59,740 bases of DNA, from positions 19,895,131 through 19,954,870 of the forward strand of contig NC_068999.1 of the NCBI RefSeq assembly GCF_001194135.2, written 5' to 3'. Positions 53,222 to 59,740 of the stretch are shown here, one piece after another. The stretch's first letter is position 1; each line of letters starts with the position of its first letter. A program made the translations under genes and the position numbers. The notes beneath the pieces were generated by a model, which saw only the letters and a program-made list of their open reading frames with translations, ran no database searches and was not told the DNA's origin. This stretch comes from Octopus bimaculoides. Lineage: Eukaryota.

Positions 53222-54113
53222 TCCGAACAAGAATACAATGCTTATAGAATTTTCTCATGGACAACAGAGAAAATTGTTCGAAATATTTGGTAGTAATTGC
53301 TAGTTAACAAAAGGCGTTACACGCTTTTCTGATGGAAAGTGGAGGGTGTATCAAACACAATATTAACTGATAGAAGCATCTGTGACAAAGGGTACAAATA
53401 AGAGAAGCATACAGTCTTTGACAAGAATTATCCATTATCCTTAGTCGATAATGGAATGATCCAGAACTAAGAAATTCTTCAAAATTGAGAATCTACAATA
53501 CATTTCCACATACAACTCTAAAGCAATGAAGCCTACAACATCTTATACAATCACGCATTATTATTGAAAATGACCCAGGATGAGTCAAACTCTCAAGGTA
53601 CACACCATTATAAACAGTAAGAAAAAACACAATTCATTGAAAAATGTTAAAACATGTCAAACTCCACATATTAACAACAAACTCAATCGCATTAAATGGA
53701 AAAGAGCCAATATGATATTTGATTTTATCTGACAATGGGATCAGAGATTCGTTTCAAGCAAGGACAACTCTTTAAAATAAGAAATAATTTCCCCTGTGCA
53801 TCTGCAAATCTAATCCATATAATAACATGCTTAGGATGCGTGGGAACATTACTGTGGACAAGCAAAAAACACTTTACTTAGGAAGGGAGACAACAAACGT
53901 CAAAAAAAATACTGCAACCCTTACTGGGGGTCAAGATTACGACATCTGTTAACTTATAGCTGGACAAGTGCCATAAGGCAACACCACTAATACTAGTTAG
54001 ATAAAAGCTACTATAAGCCATGCGGTGTTACTACTGCTAATATTGTCCGTCGTCCACCAGCATCCCACATGCTGCTATTCACACCGTCCAAGGAAGAAAA
54101 CCACCACTAACAA

Positions 54114-54180
<67 letters not shown>
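54114..54180. repeat. (ACT)n microsatellite
   Basis: Direct reading of the sequence. Confidence 0.95.
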
Positions 54181-54181
<1 letters not shown>

Positions 54182-54998
54182 ATGCTGCTGCTGCTATTGC
54201 TACTACTACCATTGCTGATACTACTCACAGACACCACCAACAGATCATCCTGCAACTATTCTTAGTTTTCATCACTGCAGAAATGTAACAATCAGAAAGA
54301 CGGAATAATGAACCTGTGATTTTTTGAAGAAAAATATATGAACAGACAGAATTGATATTAAGGAGGCTTTAACTTTATGTATCTCAGTTTTTCTCTCGAT
54401 TGCTACCCATTTTACCAGCAGGAAAATGTCATCTTAAAATCTCGAAACTGGTACGTTTATAATTTCTGTGCCCCATCATAAAAATTATCGAAGCATTTTA
54501 TTTTAAAATCATTTCTAATATAGTTTTTACGTATGTAACCACCAAACATTTCAAATACATAGGTATTATAAATAGACAGACAGACGGACAAGATAGATAG
54601 ATAGATAGATGGATAGATAGATAGACAGATCGATCGATAGATAGATAGATAGATAGAAAACAGAAGCCAATTACATAATTGGTTTCTTCTTTGGAAAATA
54701 TGACTGAGGGAGGGCCCAGTGAAATTTCCGTGGATGAGTGTGTATCCAGGGTTTCCAATGTATTCTACTGTGTAATAAAAAATGACAGCTTGTTTCTTAA
54801 ACGTAGAGGATTGCGTCTTAACTTTCCTTCATTTATTTCCTCTTGAAATATTTACCCTGAATAAATTTCTTCGAAACATTTGATACGTCACATGCGCCGT
54901 TAATTTCACTGTTAGTTTCCCACTTATATCTGCATGTATATATGTGTGTGTGTGTGTGTATACATTTATGTGCGTGCGTGTGTTTATACATACATGCG

Positions 54999-55055
<57 letters not shown>

Positions 55056-55414
55056 GTGTATGTGTGTGTTTCTATGTACATACAAAAGTGTGATTGTGTG
55101 TTGTATGTGTGTGTGGGTGCTTGCATATGCTAATATTGGCTGAAATATTCTTACAGAGCCAAGAATGTACGCTTACTCTGATGTACATGATAATCTATAA
55201 ACTTTGTATACACAGGTTTGAGAGCACTTCTTTCTATTTGTCATTGTATCAGATTTTATCTGTAACAGCCTGTTTGTTTTCAATTTCTTTTCGTTTCGTT
55301 GTTTAAAGATCTTCATATATTATTTACGTTGAATTGAAGCAGATAAAAAATAAAAACCTCTCCATCGATGAACAGATTAAAAGATTTATTGATTTTTGCT
55401 TATTTTTGCCTACT

Positions 55415-55466
<52 letters not shown>

Positions 55467-56157
55467 GTATGTATGCAGGTATGTATGTATGCATGTATGT
55501 ATGTATATACGGTGAGTTTGTAAATTTCATATTTCTGTGAATTTTTATTTATACGTTGTTGAATTTTTTAGTCATTTTCGTCGTTCTAATGGAATTTCAA
55601 GCTCTGTTGATTTAATACTTCTACTTGAGTTACTTATTTTCGAATTCACCAGTTATTTGATCAACATATGCTAGGCTGGATATAGTTGATGAATATGGAT
55701 TCTTTTTTTCAATTATTATTATTTAGTTTTTGGTGTTTCTTCAATTTTATTTTGTCATTTTATGTTTTAAATTATAATTTGTTTTCTGCAAATTTTATAA
55801 CATATAAACTTAAGCGAAATGCACACAAGCCTTCCTTTTAAATTCTGTTCCTTCTGATGACTCCAAGGGAATACATATAAAACGGTAACTTTTATGTTTT
55901 ATAATTTATTTTTGCTTCATCTACACATTACTTTATATGTTCCATTGTAAGGGACCACGTTTTCATTGAAATTGCTTTTTCTTATATTCAGAGATTATAT
56001 CTCGCCAGATTTGAAATGATTATCATTATTAATGCTACTGAACATTCAGAAATTACAAATTACGCAGCTAGTTGAAGAGGCTTGCAATGTATGTTCAGAA
56101 GCACACACACACAAACTCACGCACACACACACACACACACACATACACACGCACACA

Positions 56158-56191
<34 letters not shown>

Positions 56192-56879
56192 TCCACGTAC
56201 ACCCCTGCACACCAACAAAAACACACATACACGCATACACGCTCCAACTCGGGCAAACACGTATATGCACCCACACTCTCATGTGGAAACATGTGGATAG
56301 AAAGCGTACTCTAGTTCAACTACTAATATACACCCTAATANNNNNNNNNNNNNNNNNNNNNNNNNNNNNNNNNNNNNNNNNNNNNNNNNNNNNNNNNNNN
56401 NNNNNNNNNNNNNNNNNNNNNNNNNNNNNNNNNNNNNNNNNNNNNNNNNNNNNNNNNNNNNNNNNNNNNNNNNNNNNNNNNNNNNNNNNNNNNNNNNNNN
56501 NNNNNNNNNNNNNNNNNNNNNNNNNNNNNNNNNNNNNNNNNNNNNNNNNNNNNNNNNNNNNNNNNNNNNNNNNNNNNNNNNNNNNNNNNNNNNNNNNNNN
56601 NNNNNNNNNNNNNNNNNNNNNNNNNNNNNNNNNNNNNNNNNNNNNNNNNNNNNNNNNNNNNNNNNNNNNNNNNNNNNNNNNNNNNNNNNNNNNNNNNNNN
56701 NNNNNNNNNNNNNNNNNNNNNNNNNNNNNNNNNNNNNNNNNNNNNNNNNNNNNTCTTTTAAAACAGGTAAATAACTGTAATGAAAATTTAATATATAATG
56801 TTCATTTCAAGGTGTTACTGTACATTGTTAATATTTCATATGGTTTCACCATCTTCACAGGTATGAGATGCTATTCTCT

Positions 56880-57330
56880 GTGGTCGAGCTCGCACAGCTC
56901 TTCAAGATTGCGTAGATTCCCCTGACGAACACTTCTCTTTAGTTCTGTTTAAATTTGTTCGATGGTATTGAAGTCAGAGCTCTGAGCTGGCCAATCTTTT
57001 AATACGGTAATACCTTCATCAGCCAGACTCTATCGTGTTACACGCGATTTGTGGCATGGAGATTCATCATGCTGAAAAATCTCACCTTCATCCAAGTCTG
57101 GTATCAAATTGTCCTTCAGCGACTGGATGTATTTGACACTCTTCAAGTTACCGTCAATTTTAATCAACTTTCTCGACCTGTCATTTTTATGTATTCGCAA
57201 AGCATCAGAACTCTTACCCACAAACTTCACTGTTTACATCGTGTAAGGTGGGTTGTTTCGCTTTGTAATAAGGGTGAATTTGTCAGAAGGCCTCCAGGAA
57301 AGCGAGTCTTGTAAGTCTAAACGTTAGTAC
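56880..57330 (-). mobile_element. Tc1-like transposase fragment (second family)
   Basis: Minus translation VKFVG..LIKIDGNLKSVKYIQSLKDNL..IFQHDESPCHKSRVTR*SLADEGITVLKDWPAQSSDFNTIEQI. One terminus probably lies in the adjacent gap. Confidence 0.87.
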
Positions 57331-57617
57331 ACACGATGCTGTTTTCCCTCGCTTAGCATTATTATTCTTAAAAATAGTATATTATATACCTGTGCATAGC
57401 TAGATTGGAATAAATTTTGTCATAATTTCTGTTAAACTACAAGTTGTGATAAAGTTAACAGTTTTTCAGGTCATCATATTACGTTAGTGGACATTTATTT
57501 CAAGGCAGTCTGAGACTTATGAGTCGAGTAGCTACTAATTTAACTCTTCCTAAGTGCCTCAGGTATGCAAGGTGTTTCGTACCTTGATTTTACACAAGTA
57601 TTTACTTCATGGAGATA

Positions 57618-57770
57618 CCAAGAAAATATATTTGCAACATTCTTAAGAAAACGTTATCATCAACAAAACGAAAGGTTTCACCGAGTAAAAATGTAATTTT
57701 TCTATGTGTGCAGATCACTGCTGGGCTGTTCAGAGGGAGAAATCTGCGGCAAATAACAGTAGAAATTCAT
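57618..57770 (+). pseudogene. Chapaev-3 (CMC)-like transposase C-terminal remnant
   Basis: KKIYLQHS*EN, QQNERFHR.KM and ADHCWAVQRE..SRNS occur in order, resembling LKIHFLHSHL..EQGERFHQD..ME..ADYCW.L.R. Deletions are present. Confidence 0.5.
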
Positions 57771-58313
57771 GTCACGTATACACCAATTGCATATCGCTTC
57801 GTGTTATAAAATGTGTAACTATACGCTTCTTTAAAAGGTGCATTTCATGCCTCATAAATCGTAGTGGACTGATTAAATGCTACAAATATATTTAGATTCC
57901 ATTCATGAAAGATAATATGAGTGTGCTTGAGCGTGTGCATCACATTTTCGATACAGGTGCACGTGTCCCATGCTTAATATTTGGAAAAGCCTAACTGGTA
58001 ATACAATTGCAGATGAGGAGCACGTTTGAGCTTACACACACACACACATATATATAAATACAGAAATACGAAAGTGGAGTGCATGCATACAGTGTTATTC
58101 ATACACCCACATACATATAAACATATGTACATACACACATACACACTCATACACACACACACACTCACACATATAAACATGTTATATATATATATATATA
58201 TATATAAGGTTTAGATTAAGATTCAAAATTGAATATGGTACTTATGTTTAGGCACCAGAATATAGTATGGTATGGTATTATACACAAACCATTCCAAAAA
58301 CGAGGTGATCAAA

Positions 58314-58719
58314 AAATCAAAATAAGCAACACGGATTTTAAAGATGATCGCAGTACGCACGTTTCATGCTACTCCATTTATTTAAGTAATGCGAGCATTA
58401 CATTAAATGCTATATGTAGAGCAATCTTCAGCTGCACGAAAATGCAGAACATTACAGTAGAATAGACATATTATAATTGTGGCAACATTTCAAATCCTAG
58501 TGGGAAGAAGAATACATAAAAATCCATCTTGACATAGCCAAGTGAAATGCTGCCACAATTGTAATGTCTATTCTACTGTAATTTTGTGCATGTTCGTGCA
58601 GCTGAAGATTGCTATACATATTGCATTTAATGTAATGCTCGCATTACTTAAATAAATGGAGTAGCATGAAACGTGCGTACTGCGAATCATCTTTAAAATC
58701 CGTGTTGCTTATTTTGATT

Positions 58720-58720
<1 letters not shown>
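58314..58720. mobile_element. Young palindromic MITE: ~179-bp inverted arms with a 50-bp spacer
   Basis: 58314-58492 is the reverse complement of 58543-58720, with about 10 differences by eye. Confidence 0.9.
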
Positions 58721-58752
<32 letters not shown>

Positions 58753-58977
58753 NNNNNNNNNNNNNNNNNNNNNNNNNNNNNNNNNNNNNNNNNNNNNNNN
58801 NNNNNNNNNNNNNNNNNNNNNNNNNNNNNNNNNNNNNNNNNNNNNNNNNNNNNNNNNNNNNNNNNNNNNNNNNNNNNNNNNNNNNNNNNNNNNNNNNNNN
58901 NNNNNNNNNNNNNNNNNNNNNNNNNNNNNNNNNNNNNNNNNNNNNNNNNNNNNNNNNNNNNNNNNNNNNNNNNNATA

Positions 58978-58978
<1 letters not shown>

Positions 58979-59070
<92 letters not shown>
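58979..59070. repeat. (TTA)n microsatellite
   Basis: Direct reading of the sequence. Confidence 0.95.
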
Positions 59071-59071
<1 letters not shown>

Positions 59072-59740
59072 TCATTGAGCTACGTATGAATCTCCCTACG
59101 CTAAGTTAAAACACCATTTAATCCTAAGTAAGCCTCATGGACTTTCAGTATGAAACAATACGCTACAATGCATATGCGATTACCAATCCAGAGCAAACCA
59201 ATTGTAATTCAGTTTACATAATAAGCAGGCTTATAGAAGAATATTTAAATGATCAATTATATAAATACGATATCTATTCTTTCGACTCTGTGTGTTCTTA
59301 ATCACAATGCCTCCATGATTGACAGCATCTGTATCATCTTACTGGCTTTTGGATCCGAAGGCGCACATTCTGATATTGATCAGATTAATTAACTGCGCCA
59401 CTGAATTATTTAGGTTGGCAGTAAATCGCACCATAAACATCAGTGCTATGCGGATTACAAGCATCATTTATGTCATTCGCCAATACTAAGTTACAATAAT
59501 AATTATGAGAACTCAGAACTCCTACATGCATTTCACTAGAATTTTTTTTCCCGTCAAATGCATAGGTTTCATTTAAGTTGCAATCAGCATATAATACTGC
59601 AGCACATGATCATTGGATAGCCGATGATATATTAAACTGCTCAGGAAAATAGCATAGGAGAATTTACTTTTAAAGATCAAATCCTACCGCTATCCCATCG
59701 TCGATTCCTCACAGTTTGGCTTATATATATATATATATAT

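Overview
This window is AT-rich, repeat-dense eukaryotic DNA, either intergenic or intronic. It has many N gaps, mostly flanked by (TA)n/(CA)n microsatellites, as in a short-read scaffold. The SINE, LINE and microsatellite repertoire looks like an octopus (coleoid cephalopod) genome; this is inference from recognition, not a database search. I found no host protein-coding gene, rRNA, functional tRNA or CRISPR array that I can support. Most long ORFs in the track are microsatellite or N artefacts, and the real coding signals are transposon fossils. These are: (1) a same-orientation stack of at least 5 R4/Dong-type (RLE endonuclease) LINE fragments at ~1.2-4.8 kb, separated mostly by (TAA)n tracts; (2) two copies of a Tc1 family with D-x36-E spacing plus one copy of a different Tc1 with D-x35-E; (3) a 5'-truncated Penelope-like element (RT + GIY-YIG) with an inverted copy of its 3' terminus and a nested hAT-type MITE; (4) CR1, RTE-like, L1/Tx1-ORF1, hAT and Chapaev-3-like remnants. 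Non-coding repeats include several tRNA-derived SINEs, a 176-bp solo LTR with a perfect TSD, and five long inverted-repeat/foldback structures, one of which carries a tRNA-like module in each arm. Nothing here proves a new biological system. The most unusual items are the tRNA-bearing palindrome, the Dong pile-up and the Penelope architecture. All alignments and translations were done by eye.
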